Assembly (NCBI RefSeq): GCF_018350175.1
Contig: NC_058368.1
Location: 8,184,001 to 8,248,000 of the forward strand
Length of the DNA stretch: 64,000 nucleotides
Direction of reading: 5' to 3'
Origin: Felis catus
Taxonomy: Eukaryota
Under the pieces are notes generated by a model. It made no database searches. It worked only from the letters and a program-made list of their open reading frames with translations, and was not told the DNA's origin. Shown here piece by piece: positions 38,557-51,141 of the stretch. The translations under genes and the position numbers were made by a program. The stretch's first letter is position 1. Each line of letters starts with the position of its first letter.

Positions 38557-38780
38557 CAGTGGTTGTCAACTAGGAATGATTTTGCCTCCTCCAGGGGACA
38601 TTTGAAAAGGTCTAATTGTCACAAGTGGTTGGGGAAGAAGGATCTTTGGTAGTGGCATCAGTTGGACGGAGGCCAGGGATGCTGCTAAACATCTTACAGT
38701 GTACAGGACTGTCCCCGTGCACCACGACAGATAATTATGTAGCCCAAGATGTCAGTAGCGCCAGGGGTTGAGAAGTCCTG
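38557..38780. mobile_element. MER20 (hAT-Charlie)
   Basis: cagtggttgtcaac..ccaggggacattt..gaggccagggatgctgctaaacatcttaca..ggttgagaagtcctg. Confidence 0.85.
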
Positions 38781-40064
38781 ATCTGTATGTAATGTTTTCC
38801 CAGTTCGATCATACAACCTTCTCCGTGGTAGACGGGTTGTCGTACATTGCCACAGAGCCTAATTCTAATTTTGCATGTGGTTGTTAGTGATTAAGTATAT
38901 GTTGACTGATAATTGCAGTTTGACAGCATATTATAAGGTGGATACATTCATCAAAGTTTGTAAAATTGAATCTTTTACATAAAACTGTATTTACTTAATT
39001 CAGTATTTAAAGGAAACCCTTCAGTGAGAACTTCAGATTATATACCCATAATGAAATGTTGCATATTTTCTCTAAGGACCATCTGTTAAAATTTTGCGCT
39101 CCAGCTACAGTAGTTAAAAACCATGTTGCTTAATATCCTTCAGACTTCATGTATATGGCCCCAGGTTGTGTCTCAGTGGGCACTAATCTCTCAGTAGGTA
39201 TTTGATTAAAATTTCTTACCCTGCCCCTGCCATGACTTAAAATCTTACCAAGAGAATGTAGTATAATAAAAAATGATCACACAGGTCACTTTACCTTACT
39301 ATAGTTAACTTACACAGACCTTTGTAGCAGTCTGTCTGCAAATCATCTCCGCTACCCCTAAGAGCCATTTTAGGAAACTGTATGATTAGAATCCATGAAT
39401 GCAGTTGATTCATTTTGCCTGAAGTACATTAAATTGTCAAAGTTTTTTACAAATAATATCAATGTTTAGTAAAAATATGATTCCAGAAAAAAAAATTCCT
39501 TATGAGCACCCAATGCAAACTGGACAGACTTTAGAGTTTCGGATCCCTACCCCCCAGGAATCTACTACTCCAAAGAGTGGAGTTTAAACATTATAGCCTA
39601 GTTAACAGGGTGGTATAATGGGTGTGATTATTTCTTTTGTGAAATCCTTTGAATTGTATATTTTCATACTGAGAAATTCACCATTTTTGTCACTTGTATG
39701 TAACTATTTCTGGATCTCAGGTTATTTATACCTTTCTGTGTTTTACCAGTTTTGCGGGAATTCTAATCAAAAGCACTGAAATGTTTTGTAAATGTATTTT
39801 TGCAATGTGAAAAACATTCTTTATCTAAAGTTTTGTAAATCCAAGTTTTAGGGGTAATTTTACGTTAGTGAAGTACCCTATACCTGCATGCTGGATAAAA
39901 CAGACGTACGTACTCTAAACTTTATTAACAAAAGTGTTTTGTTTTTATTTCAGTTATGGATAGTAAAGTGCTTTGTCTAAGTGTTGTGTTACACATGTAT
40001 CAATGAAGTTTTGAAAGCAGAGTGTTGAGTGTAACCTTTCAACTTCTGTTGTTGTCCTGTGTAG

Positions 40065-40166
40065 TTCCAGCTCAACCAAGATAAAATGAATTTTTCCACA
40101 CTGAGAAACATCCAGGGTCTGTTTGCTCCACTCAAATTACAAATGGAATTCAAGGCAGTGCAGCAG
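40065..40166 (+). CDS. POMP: POMP exon 4 (102 nt)
   Basis: tag|TTCCAG..CAGCAG|gtgagt; encodes FQLNQDKMNFSTLRNIQGLFAPLKLQMEFKAVQQ. Confidence 0.97.
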
Positions 40167-40499
40167 GTGAGTTTGTGCATGTCAGCTATAATACATTCCA
40201 CCTGTGTGCTGCTATGGCCTGGAAGGACTCTTCCCTAGTCATAGCCCTATAAACCTTACCTTCTCTTCTCTGCAGCCTATTCTACTTTGTCCCCTTTTAG
40301 GATAGGACCCCGAGTCCTATTTTATATAGAAAAAAAAGAAGACATTAAGCGGAAGACTTCAAATTAAGAGCTCAGTGCCAAAACTTACCTGCATCTGCTT
40401 TCATGTTTTTCTTTTTGGAGGGTTACATTGAATTTGAGATGCCTCTAGAAGTATCCACGTGTGGTGCGTGGCAGGCAGTTTGCATATAGCTGGGTACCC

Positions 40500-41700
40500 C
40501 TGTTGCTAAAGAATAAGATCTTCCAAAATGTCCTTCCAGGTGTAAGAACCGTTCTCGACCTGTGTTCTAGGTTCTGCCCTCTCACACCACGTCAGAGAAT
40601 TCCCTTTTCGTGGATCCTTTCTGTAGCTGATGTCTTCATCCTCTCCGTCTACTTGCTCAGACTCCTCAGCAGTGTTTATGCGCATCCCGACCTTTTCTGT
40701 CTTTTAAAACAACCCAAATGTTGTATCAGTCCCTTTATAGCAACTTCTCACTCACTAAATGTACTTTTGCCAGGTTAGTGTCGTAGACTTGCCTCTGTTT
40801 GCTGCGTATGTGCCTTTGCCTCCTGTCCACCCAACCCAGTGTTTCCTGGCTTCCATCACCAGTGAAACTGCTCCTGAACAGTGTGGATGTCTGGTCTCCC
40901 TGTGGTGTGTAATACCAATGACTCCTTCCTTCTTCCCCTGGCTTTTAGGACACCACACTTTTCCTGATACTCCTTCCTGTCTGAACTCGCCTTCTCAGGT
41001 ATTTCTGTGTAGGTTCCTTTTGCTTTTTTCTTCTGCATCTTGCAATACCACGTTTGTTAGTTCCCATCTCCAGTCCTCTTCTCATGCTATTATTTCCTAC
41101 CTATTCCTGTGACTTTAGGTATCATGTGTATGTTGATGACTCCCAAGTTTTAATTCTCATGAGCTGTAAACCTGTAGGCTTCTCCAGTTGTAAGTCTCAC
41201 GGGCACTTCACGTTTCACATGTGTGAGTACAGAAGAACTCCTTATGCCGCACATACTCTGTGTCACGTGTGACCAGGTTGCTACCTAAGGCAGAGATTGC
41301 AGCATTAGCCTTGGTTGCCTCAAGCGGCACCTGTCCCCACCCGCCACCCTGCCTCCCCCCGTCCAGTCAATTACACGTTGACACTATCGCTTCTGCATTG
41401 GTTTTGATCCCCTACTGTGCTTCGTCTGGATCAGTGAGACACCCACCCCTGCTGCCCTCCAGTCCATTGTACATGCTGTAGCCACGTAATTTTTGTAAAA
41501 TACAGAGTTGATCGTGGCGCTCCCCTCACTTTGCCCTCAGAATAATTCTCTGACCCTGTAACGTGGCTGTGCTCCTGAACTGGCCTCTCCTTGTTCTCCA
41601 GTGTACTTCGTAGCCTCCTGAAACTACTTTCGGCGTCCTAGTTTTTTTTCTGGCCTTTTGGCTTTTGCACGTGTTCTTCCTACTACTGTGTCTTTTTCAA
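40500..41700 (+). mobile_element. L2 (degenerate) in POMP intron 4
   Basis: 'ccaacccagtgtttcctggcttccatcaccagtgaaactgctc', 'tatgttgatgactcccaa' (RT YADD-like). Confidence 0.65.
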
Positions 41701-42354
41701 CAAATTCTATTAATGCCAGCAACTGTGTTGGCTGAGTCGTCCTGGAAGCTGTTTTAGGACTTTTTTCCAAGGATCAAGCTCCGAAAGAGCATGTGTGGCT
41801 CTAACGGTAACCTGGATGTGAATCTTGGCTCCACTGCCTACCAGTCTTAAGAACTTAAACAAGTTAGAGACCTTTCTGAGCCCCAGATCTTGTGTTTGTT
41901 TTTAATGTGAAATGGAGTTAACAGGAACAACACTGTCGGGTTATTAGGGTAACTCTGAAGATTAGATACGACGTATGTTTGGCACAGAATTGTTCGTGTC
42001 TCTTTTATTTTCCTGCTACTCAGATTCCAGTTACATATTGCTCACATTTTGGGCCTAAACTTCTAATTCCATTTTTGGATTTAAACTTTAAAATCCATTT
42101 TTGGATTTTTAATCCAAAAATCCTCATCCAGAATTCTGTCCCCCGCCCCGCCTTTTCCCCTTATCCTTGTGCTGTTGTGGTTCTTGCTTATTGGGATGTG
42201 TAACAACTGCCTGCTCCTTCCTGCTTTTGGTGCTTTCCAGGACCGTGTCTGATCAAACTGTACCTACCAGGCCCCTCACTCTCTGATTTAACTCAAAGCT
42301 CCATTTTTGTCTCTTCCTCTGTCTTCCCTACTTTCCTTTAAAAAACAAAAACAA

Positions 42355-42579
42355 GGAGCGCCTGGGTGGCGCAGTCGGTTAAGCGTCCGACTTCAGCCAG
42401 GTCACGATCTCGCGGTCCGTGAGTTCGAGCCCTGCGTCAGGCTCTGGGCTGATGGCTCGGAGCCTGGAGCCTGTTTCCGATTCTGTGTCTCCCTCTCTCT
42501 CTGCCCCTCCCCCGTTCATGCTCTGTCTCTCTGTGTCCCAAAAATAAATAAACGTTGAAAAAAAAAATTAAAAAAAAAC
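42355..42579 (+). mobile_element. Young felid Can-SINE in POMP intron 4
   Basis: near-consensus SINEC_Fc; A-rich TSD aaacaaaaa(c/t)a; followed by (TACA)n. Confidence 0.9.
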
Positions 42580-43127
42580 AAACAAAAATACATACATACA
42601 TACATACATTTGTCAACCTAGAGATTTTTTCATCCTAAATTCTATAAGCCATTAGTAATTAAAAATAGTTTTAGTCTGGTTACATTTTCTTGGGGGAGAT
42701 AATCTTAACGCCCTGAGATTTCAAAGTCATGGTTACTTTAAAATACTGGTATCCTATGGTCACGGACCATCACTCTTGGTATTCTTTTGTTAATATCCAA
42801 ACTAACCTTGCGACTAACAGAGAACACAAAACTTGAAAATTTGGTTTGCTTATATAAAAGTTCATCGAATACCAAGTATGTGCCAACGACTATACTATAT
42901 ACATACTTTACACCACACCATTCTGCCGGTTTGAGAGGAAGGTGATAGTATCCTGTTTCCCAGATGAGGAAACCAAGAGTGAGACAGATCAGGTACTTCT
43001 AGGAAGCCAAAGTAATGGTGAGTCCTAAAACAGTCTGGATCCAGATACCAGTGGCTCTACAACCCGTGCTTTCTCTGCTACGCTTACAAACCAGGGTGCA
43101 GATCCTATGCTTGATACTTTACTTGAA

Positions 43128-43567
43128 GGGGCGCCTGGGTGGCTCGGTCAGTTAAGCATTCGACTCTTGATTTCAGCTCAGGTCACGATTTCACGGTTTG
43201 TGAGTTCAAGCCCTGTGTCAGGCTCTGTGCTGACAGCACGGAGCCTGCTTGGGATTCTCTGTCTCTCGCTCTCTCTCTGCCCTTCTCCTGCTCTCTCTCG
43301 GTCTCAAAATAAATAAACATTAAAAAAAAAAAAAGTTAGGGGCGCCTGGGTGGCTCAGTTGGCTAAGCGTCCGACTTTGGCTCAGGTCATGATCTCACGG
43401 ACCGTGAGTTCGAGCCCCGCGTCGGGCTCTGTGCTGACGGCTCAGAGCCTGGAGCCTGTTTCAGATTCTGTGTCTCCCTCTCTCTCTGCCCCTCCCCTAT
43501 TCACGCTCTGTCTCTCTCTGTCTCAAAAATAAATGTTAAAAAAAATTAAAAAGAAAAAGTTAAAAAA
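43128..43567 (+). mobile_element. Nested Can-SINEs: older copy from 43128 with a second copy (43339-43553) in its A tail
   Basis: inner TSD aaaaagtta (43330-43338, 43554-43562); outer TSD atac(tt/gg)tacttgaa (43114-43127, 43568-43581). Confidence 0.88.
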
Positions 43568-43616
43568 ATACGGTACTTGAAAAAAGTAGATACTCCTAGT
43601 TCAGAATGGTATCGTG

Positions 43617-43816
43617 TTTTTTTTTTTTGTTTTGTTTTAAGGTTCATTCATTTATTTTGAGAGCGAGAGTGGGAGAGGGAGGGAGGGAGAATCCAAGCAG
43701 GCTCTGCACTGCCAGCACGGAGCCCAATGGGGGGCTCGAACTCATGAACCAGGAGATTATGATCTGAGCCAAAATCAAGAGCCGGGGGCTTAGCCGACTC
43801 AGCCACCCCAGTGCCC
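43617..43816 (-). mobile_element. Can-SINE, antisense, POMP intron 4
   Basis: T tail, 'gagaatccaagcaggctctgcactg..gggctcgaactcatgaacc'; imperfect TSD. Confidence 0.85.
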
Positions 43817-44374
43817 GATGTTACTGTGTTTTTCAAAGGCCTCACAAGTGACTTTGACCTTCCTTTCTGGTTACCAGTACTGTTTTAAAGGACCATAACT
43901 TACATTTTTACTATGAGCAATATGAAACAACATACAGAGTGAAGTCATCAGTTTGCTAAGTAGAGTAGTACTCTTACTAAGGTGGAATTTCTTCAGGAAT
44001 TTGATCATCCCACCTTTATTTGGAACTAGATTATGGTGTTAGGCTCTGGGATTTTTGCACGTCGTCATGTGTATGACAGAAGCAAAGCCCCAAAATATGT
44101 GCAAACCTGATGGGATTATTAAGTGTTAATAAAAACTCTAATTTTCAGGGTCTTTACGTATTTTGAGTAAAGTTTTGAGGAAATTTTAAAAAATTTGGTT
44201 TGGGTCTAAAATATGAACTGCTATTTGTTTTTTTCCCCCCCACTGGTTAAACTGTTTATTTAGTTTTGTGAATTTTACAAATAAAGAATGAAGAGCAAGA
44301 AGTTAGATTATTTATTGTTTCCCCCCCCCCCCTTTGGTTTTCTCTAATCTTGCCCTTTCATATTTTTCCTGAAG

Positions 44375-44468
44375 GCTCAGCGTCTTCCATTTCTTCCAAG
44401 CTCAAACCTTTCACTGGATATTTTGAGGGGTAATGATGAGACTATTGGATTTGAAGATATTCTTAATG
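44375..44468 (+). CDS. POMP: POMP exon 5 (94 nt)
   Basis: gaag|GCTCAG..AATG|gtaagt; encodes AQRLPFLPSSNLSLDILRGNDETIGFEDILN. Confidence 0.97.
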
Positions 44469-45728
44469 GTAAGTGTCATTCAGCACCTTTTTATGGAGCC
44501 CTAATAATGTACAAGGCAATGGTAGCAAACAAAACCCATAGCGTCCTGTCCTCATCCATATGGCCCTTACAGCTCATTGGATTCACTTGTGTTTATTCAT
44601 TGCAATGAGACAAAATTTAATGGTAATAACTGTTCTTTAACTGGTTTTTAAAGGTGAAAGTTCTTTGTGTAGTTTCAAGGTTGTAGTTACTATGAATCAA
44701 CTAATGATAGTCTTTCATTTCATGTCCTGCAGACATAGACTAATGTGTGAGTCCAACATAGTATTGTTAGGGTAGCTTGAACAATGATTGTTGTTTCAGT
44801 ATTTAAAATATTTGTGGGACACGACTAGTTTTTCAAAGAACTAGAAAAAATAAGAAAAATTTTCCTTAAAAATTGCCTCCCACCCCCAAAGAATTTTTGT
44901 GCTACTATAGGTGGTGAATAGGAAAGAAGAATCTGTCATTTTTAACAAAATTCCTCGGATAATTTTATCATGTATGAGATAAATGACTTTTAAGTAAGAA
45001 CCATACATGCAGCATCCCCTATTTTTTTGCTTCTGAGGAAGATAAACAAATATAATTCTGTCTAGTGTTTTTGCCCCGGCGGTTCAGGAGAAACAGAAAA
45101 AACCCAACAGGATTAAATTATACTAGTTTTGCTTGGCTGCTAGTGTCCGGTGAGGAAATACTGCGGACACAGCAGAAGTCTAGTGAGCCTGCCCTTCGAG
45201 AATCTTTCCTGAGGGAACTTTTTGAATGCAGGAAAACCTGGAATCCCTAAGCTTTTTACATTGAACTTACACCTCATTTTAAATTAGCAAGGCGATAGTT
45301 CATGTCTGTATGTTTCTGTCTTGCATTTTAAATTAGTTATAAGAACACATTTACTTAAAAATCACCTCCTGTAAGTTTGTGTAAAGAAAGTGAGAGATGC
45401 TTGTTGAGCATCTACTCAGTTATATTTACTATGTATCAGGCACTGAGCTAGGCTCTGGATATACAATGGTAAAAAAACAAACTGTGCTTTCTAAGGCAGG
45501 AGGTAAACGTTAAACAGTTAAACACAGACATATAATTGCAAATTGTGATAAATTCTAGGAATAAAAAGGGACAGGGGTATAGTTTGTTGCTGAGTAGGAG
45601 AGAGAGGCACTTTTGGGAATATGACACATAACCTGATTCCTAGAAGATGTGTGAATTAGTTGCTAAAGTAGAGGTAGAAGCAGTGTGTTCAGGGTCTGTA
45701 ACCTGAGAGAACAGCTGAAGAACTCTGA

Positions 45729-46146
45729 TGTTGTCCTATCTAGAAGCTAACAGGTTAGCCTGCCATGGTTTCATGAATCCGGGCAGAAGACAAGATTCCT
45801 AGAGACAACAGTTTATTACTAAGAGCAGTAGTAGTAGCTGGAGTGTCAGCTTTCTGGTTGGTTCCCTGAGCCCCGGCTCCCACGGAGCAGCAAGAAGAAG
45901 GTCAGGTGATGCTGCATATGTTATGTATTTTGTTACAGGTAGAGGAACCCCCAGGTAAGGGCATCTGAATCTTTTACAATAGGCAGTAAGGCTTCCTGTT
46001 CTGTGCACCAGAGAAGACACGATCTTTGTCTTCTTCTTAGTCTGTTCACTTTAGTAACAACTTTGGACAGAGAGCCTAGAACAAAGGCAGGAAGTGTATC
46101 CAAGGCTTACAGAAGCGTGAGAGACGCATGGAGAATTGTCTCAACA
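45729..46146. mobile_element. Probable solo LTR in POMP intron 5
   Basis: TG...CA bounded (tgttgtcc..tctcaaca), LTR-like content; family not assigned. Confidence 0.45.
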
Positions 46147-47509
46147 CACATAAGAGTGTGTTAAGAAGACCTATGGGACTGGAGGGTTTTGAGTTCAGTG
46201 TTGGAGGTGATGAAGTTTTGCTTGCTCATCAGGGAGTACTTGGCCAAGAAAATTCTGCACATTTTACGAGGAAGGGAAGGAAATATGAGGAGGGCAATAG
46301 TAAAGTCAAAACAAGACTTTTAATGCTGAAAGGGGATTTCTGTTTACTCTAGTTCCCTCACTTGATGGTGGTTAAACAGCCTGATGGAGAGGCTCAGTCC
46401 TCCCTCATGGTCTCACAGCAGACGTTGGAGTCACAGGCCATCGCCCTGCTTATGTGGCGTGCTGTTTTCTGGTGGAAGTGACTTATTTAATAAGCATGTG
46501 CTTTATTAAACTCAAAGTTTAAAACGGTTTAAAAGAAAGTCGTCGTTATACAAATTAACGTATTCTGTAACAATTTAAAACATTACAGCTGAAACTCAAG
46601 TCCTCCACGATTACCCCCAAACCCATTTCTCTTTTATTCTTCATTTACTTGCTATTTATATTTAGTGTATTTCCTTCCAGACTTTTTCCTATGTGTCTTC
46701 ATACAAATATATATAACCAGAAATATTTGGCATTGCTTGGTGTTTTGTTTTTGTTTTTTTAACACAACAGGTATACTGGGTCTAAATGGTATGCGTGATA
46801 CCTCAGTGCATTTATTGATGGTTGCTTATCTTTTTTCAGTTATTCACATGAAACAGTGCTGTAGGCAAACATCTTTGCCTATCCTTTGTACTCATGTGCA
46901 GGCATTTTTTTTTATAAGTTTAGATTTTGAATGCCTGTTACATACATAGCAGTTTACTCTGTTATTAATAATTACAGCAGCATCAGTTGTTAAGGCTGCT
47001 TTATGGTGCGATGAGTGCAGAGAGTATATAGATGACTGAACTGATGTGACACAGTAATTAGTCTCTTAGGAGATCCAGCGAGGAAACATCCAGATCTGTA
47101 ATCATTATTTTAATGTGGGTGGTTATTTATTTTTACAAACTGATTTTACAGTCTAGTTCATTGGGGTTTTTTTATCCTGTTTGTGGAGTAGGGGACAGAA
47201 ATGGAAAAAGGCTTTGTTATTTTGCAACTTACTGTTAGTATTAATTTTAAAAGCTCTTCTAGGTGTATTGTATGGTTAAAATAAGTCTTTTGTCTGACTC
47301 ATCTCTAAAAATGAGTGAAGATTTTAAAAATTTTCTTGGTCTAGGATTCTGATTTATGTTTGTGTATGGAAGAGAGTACAAAACAATAGAAATAAAACGT
47401 TTTTGCAAACTAGATTAAGAGACTACTCCATTTCTTGATTAGAGATTGTTTCTGAGAAGCCTCTGGAAAACTTGAGAGCTTTGAAAAAGAAGAACGTTTT
47501 CAATCTGTT

Positions 47510-47800
47510 GTTTTTGTTTGTTTGTTTTACAGTCAACTGTATTGAGGTATAATTGACATACTATAGAACGCTCTCATTTTAAGTGTATATTCTGTGAATT
47601 TTAGCAAATGTGTACTGCTGTGTAAGTGTCCCCTCAGTCAAGATATAAAATGTTTATCACCCCAGAAAGTTTGCTTGCTCCCTTTGCAGTCAGTCCCTCA
47701 CCTTTGGCCCCAGGCAACTGCTGGTCTGTCTTCTTTCATGTTAGTTTTGCCTGTTCTAGATTTTCATGTGAGTGGAATCATGGAATTTATCTTTTTTTGA
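47510..47800 (-). mobile_element. Old L1 3'UTR fragment just upstream of the exon 6 acceptor
   Basis: 'caactgtattgaggtataattgacatac..ttttaagtgta..gaattttagcaaatg..ttttgcctgttctaga..tggaatcat'. Confidence 0.75.
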
Positions 47801-47835
47801 GAATCTTTAATATGTTTGTTTTTGTTTGTTTTCAG

Positions 47836-47903
47836 ACCCGTCACAAAGTGAACTAATGGGAGAGCCACACTTGATGGTGGAATATAAACTGGGTTTACTG
47901 TAA
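47836..47903 (+). CDS. POMP: POMP exon 6 coding part (68 nt including TAA)
   Basis: ttttcag|ACCCG..CTG TAA; encodes (D)PSQSELMGEPHLMVEYKLGLL*; total CDS 426 nt. Confidence 0.97.
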
Positions 47904-47982
47904 TCTCTTGTGCTGTTCACGAAAATAGAGGGGCTGCGTCTTGTTTATAGTCCTCTTTTTACTATAATTTGATGTACACAAC

Positions 47983-48646
47983 ATTAAAAGTACTGACATC
48001 TGAGAATTCTTGCCTAAATAGTATCTGTGATCATTTGAAATTATTTGGGTCTTTGGTTTATTGCCACGTGACAGTTGAAAGCACTAAAGGGAGATGATTT
48101 TAAAACTCCCCATTTATATGAAAACAGTAGCCTTCTATATCTTTAAAAAATTGTTGCTAATGAGTATTTTAAAACTGTCTACAGGTCTACAGTGCAACCT
48201 GTTGTTTGGGTATTCTATAAATTTAGTTCTGAAACCATTATCAGCATTGGAGTCTGCAACCTTCATAGTAATGTCTTTCAGAATAAACATCTGTAATTGA
48301 TTTTAGTGGCAACACTTCAAATTAAGTACAAAGCAAGGTATTTATATTTTACCTTGTTTCAGTATAGCTCATTAATATTCAGAAGAATAATATTGGCTGT
48401 ATTGATGCTATTTTAGAATTATAGCTATTCTTTGAGGTTGAAAAGTATAAGTTCAAAGGTTTTGATTTCGGTCTTGTCTTTAATGTGAAAAATTAAATAA
48501 AGCAACCAGGATATGCTGATTAAACTGTTGTACCACATAGATTTATATATCACAAGATGCTTAAATTGAAAAATAATCAGAATATTCATGTACACACATA
48601 CTATGTATCCATGAACAAATCCCATAATAATTTATTTAAAAATAAA
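47983..48646 (+). terminator. POMP: Candidate POMP polyadenylation signals
   Basis: ATTAAA 47983-47988 preceded by TGTA; AATAAA 48282-48287, 48496-48501 and 48641-48646 (last followed by a GT/T-rich stretch); usage cannot be read from DNA. Confidence 0.6.
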
Positions 48647-48987
48647 CCTTCGCTATGGTTGTTCTTTCTTATGAGATATTCTTTATGAACCTGGTATACA
48701 AAAATTAAAGAATTTTAGATTTAATTAGTAAATGGGTCATCTTTCACTAATAAGAAATATATTTTGATAATAAAAGTACCAAATGAAGATGGTTTTAAAA
48801 ACTCATAATTTATATTGAAACAGTAGCCTTCTATGTCACAAAAAAAGTCATTACTGAATATTGTAAAACTGCTTATATTCAGAGTTTGCTCCCTGCAATC
48901 CCAAATCATTTGGTTCAGTGTGTCAGTAGTGTCAGGGATGACAAACCTTGAAATAAAGCAGATGACACATTTTTAAAAATTGCTCTT

Positions 48988-49210
48988 GGGGTGCCTGGGT
49001 GGCTTAGTCAGTTGAGTGTCTGACTTCAGCTTAGGTCATAATCTCACGGTTCATGAGTTTGAGCCCCACATTGGGCTGGCTGCTGTCCACGCGGAACCCA
49101 CTTTAGATCCTCTCTCCCCCTCTCACTCTGCCCCTCCCCTGCTTGCGTGCTCTTTCTCAAAAATAATAAATAAACATTAAAAAACAACAACAACAACAAC
49201 AACAACAAAC
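48988..49210 (+). mobile_element. Can-SINE with (CAA)n tail
   Basis: head ggggtgcctgggtggc; TSD aaaatt(g/a)ctc. Confidence 0.87.
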
Positions 49211-50728
49211 CTCTAAAATTACTCCTGACTATTGAGGTTAGGTTTAGAAACACCTTTGCTGCCACAATATTTGCCAAACCATTTTACACTTAAATTATGA
49301 GAAAATACAGAATTAATGAAGGTTCACTAATTGCTTCTAGATATATTCTTTCAACTAAGAAAATGGGAAATTTCTTCTTTACCATAGTTCTAAGAATACT
49401 ACATACCCTTCCTGACCAGGAGAGGGTACTATGAAATTAATGAGCATAGTTTAAATGGAAAGCTGATGCTTTAAAGAAATGGGAATACTTTCTGAAGGTC
49501 TTTTCACTTCCCCTCTCTCTCCTTTTCCTCTTTTACCTTTGTAAAGAATACCAGTGATCCTGATTGCTGGATACACAAGAAATCACCTGGGGATCTTGTG
49601 AAGGACTTTTGGTACTGGGTCTGAATCTCAGAAATTCCAATAAGACCAGAATGGATCCTAGGAAGTGTACTTTTGAAAAGCTCTCCAGGCTTGAGAACCT
49701 TCGATTTGTATGCTTGCTTTCCTCTATGCTCACTTTTGCCTTTGTATTAGCAAGAGTCATTGGCATTAATTAGTTAATTCTTCTGGCCTACCTCACTGCT
49801 GAAAAGCTTGCTATTTCTTAATTCCTGCAGTCTTTACTATGTGCTTGGAGTTGAATTATTTGGGTTCCTGCATTAGAGTCCATTGCAGGGCTGTTTGAGT
49901 TACCTGTCTAGGTGTCCAACTCTAATTAGGCATTTTTTCTTTCAGAGGCTGTGACTTTATTGAAGAATTAGTTTAGTATTTTCCTGGTCTTTTTTTTTTT
50001 TTTTTTTTTTTTTTGCTTGTGAACTATCTTTGGGTTCAAGGGGAACTTCATAGGTTGGTGGCTAATTGAAATTCATTTTATTCACATTAAAATGATAAAA
50101 TTCACAATAAAAGATGGAAGCATGCCTAACGAGGTGCAATCTAATTCTTTCTTAAGCCTTTATATATGAGGATAAAGGAATTTGTGGGTTTTATTGTCTA
50201 GAAGTGTTGGGGGCGGTTGGCAAAAAATTAAGCACTATTTGGCATACACGCCATGGGATGGCTCTTTCCTACCCTCTGTGCAAAATATAGCTGATAGGTG
50301 TACCATGTTTCCTTAATTGTGCCCTTTGCAGTGTTCTCCCTCTTTCAGGAGTACACATAACCAGTGTACAACCCAGTGCTCGCCTGTGTTTCGTTACTCC
50401 TTCAAACGCAGACCTGCAAGAATGTAAAAGGTGATCTGAACAAATAGATGATGAAGTTTTGAAAAACAGACTGTGTTGTGTATCATCTTCCGCTGAAATT
50501 TACCATCGATTAAATTTTTTTTATCAAGCACCTAAAATCTATATATTAACTAAATTTTGACTTGCTATTTGAATAAAGCAAAACTGAGAATGTTGTGACA
50601 CGTTTTGGACCTGTTTAGCTCATGATTTCAAAACAAATTTAGATTCCTTCATGTACAATGAATGTTTAAGAATGTATATATTTAGTTTGTTTTATTATAG
50701 ATCCTTACGTTAAAGAATAAGAATATAC

Positions 50729-51141
50729 TGTTAGTTTTTGAGTCGAATTTCAGCAAGGTTTCCAGGTTTCCAGGATCCTGAGGAGACTAGCTTTTGTCAG
50801 GAAAAGGCAATTTATTACTGTTTAGTAAAAACTCAGTCATGACACCCTTCAGATGTGTATCAGTGGGCTATATGCTTGGAGGATGATTGTTTACATTTGC
50901 GGCGGGGGCGGGGTAGAGAAAAAGGAAGTTTCCAAAGGAATTTTTATGTGTTAAAGTAGACTTAACAGGATCCTGGAGGTTGGGATAACGTGAAGCTAAG
51001 ATTGCCTTTTGTCCTTAGCAAAGTGTCATCAAGGAGGCAACTGAGCTCCCAGAGGAATGTCACTCTGGGTCTCAAGGACTTGTCAATGGGCTGTAAGTTG
51101 TAAGGAAACTTAATTTTTATCTTTTACCTTTGTTCCCCACA
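50729..51141. mobile_element. Probable ERV1-class solo LTR
   Basis: tgttag...ccccaca termini with LTR-like internal sequence; family uncertain. Confidence 0.45.
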
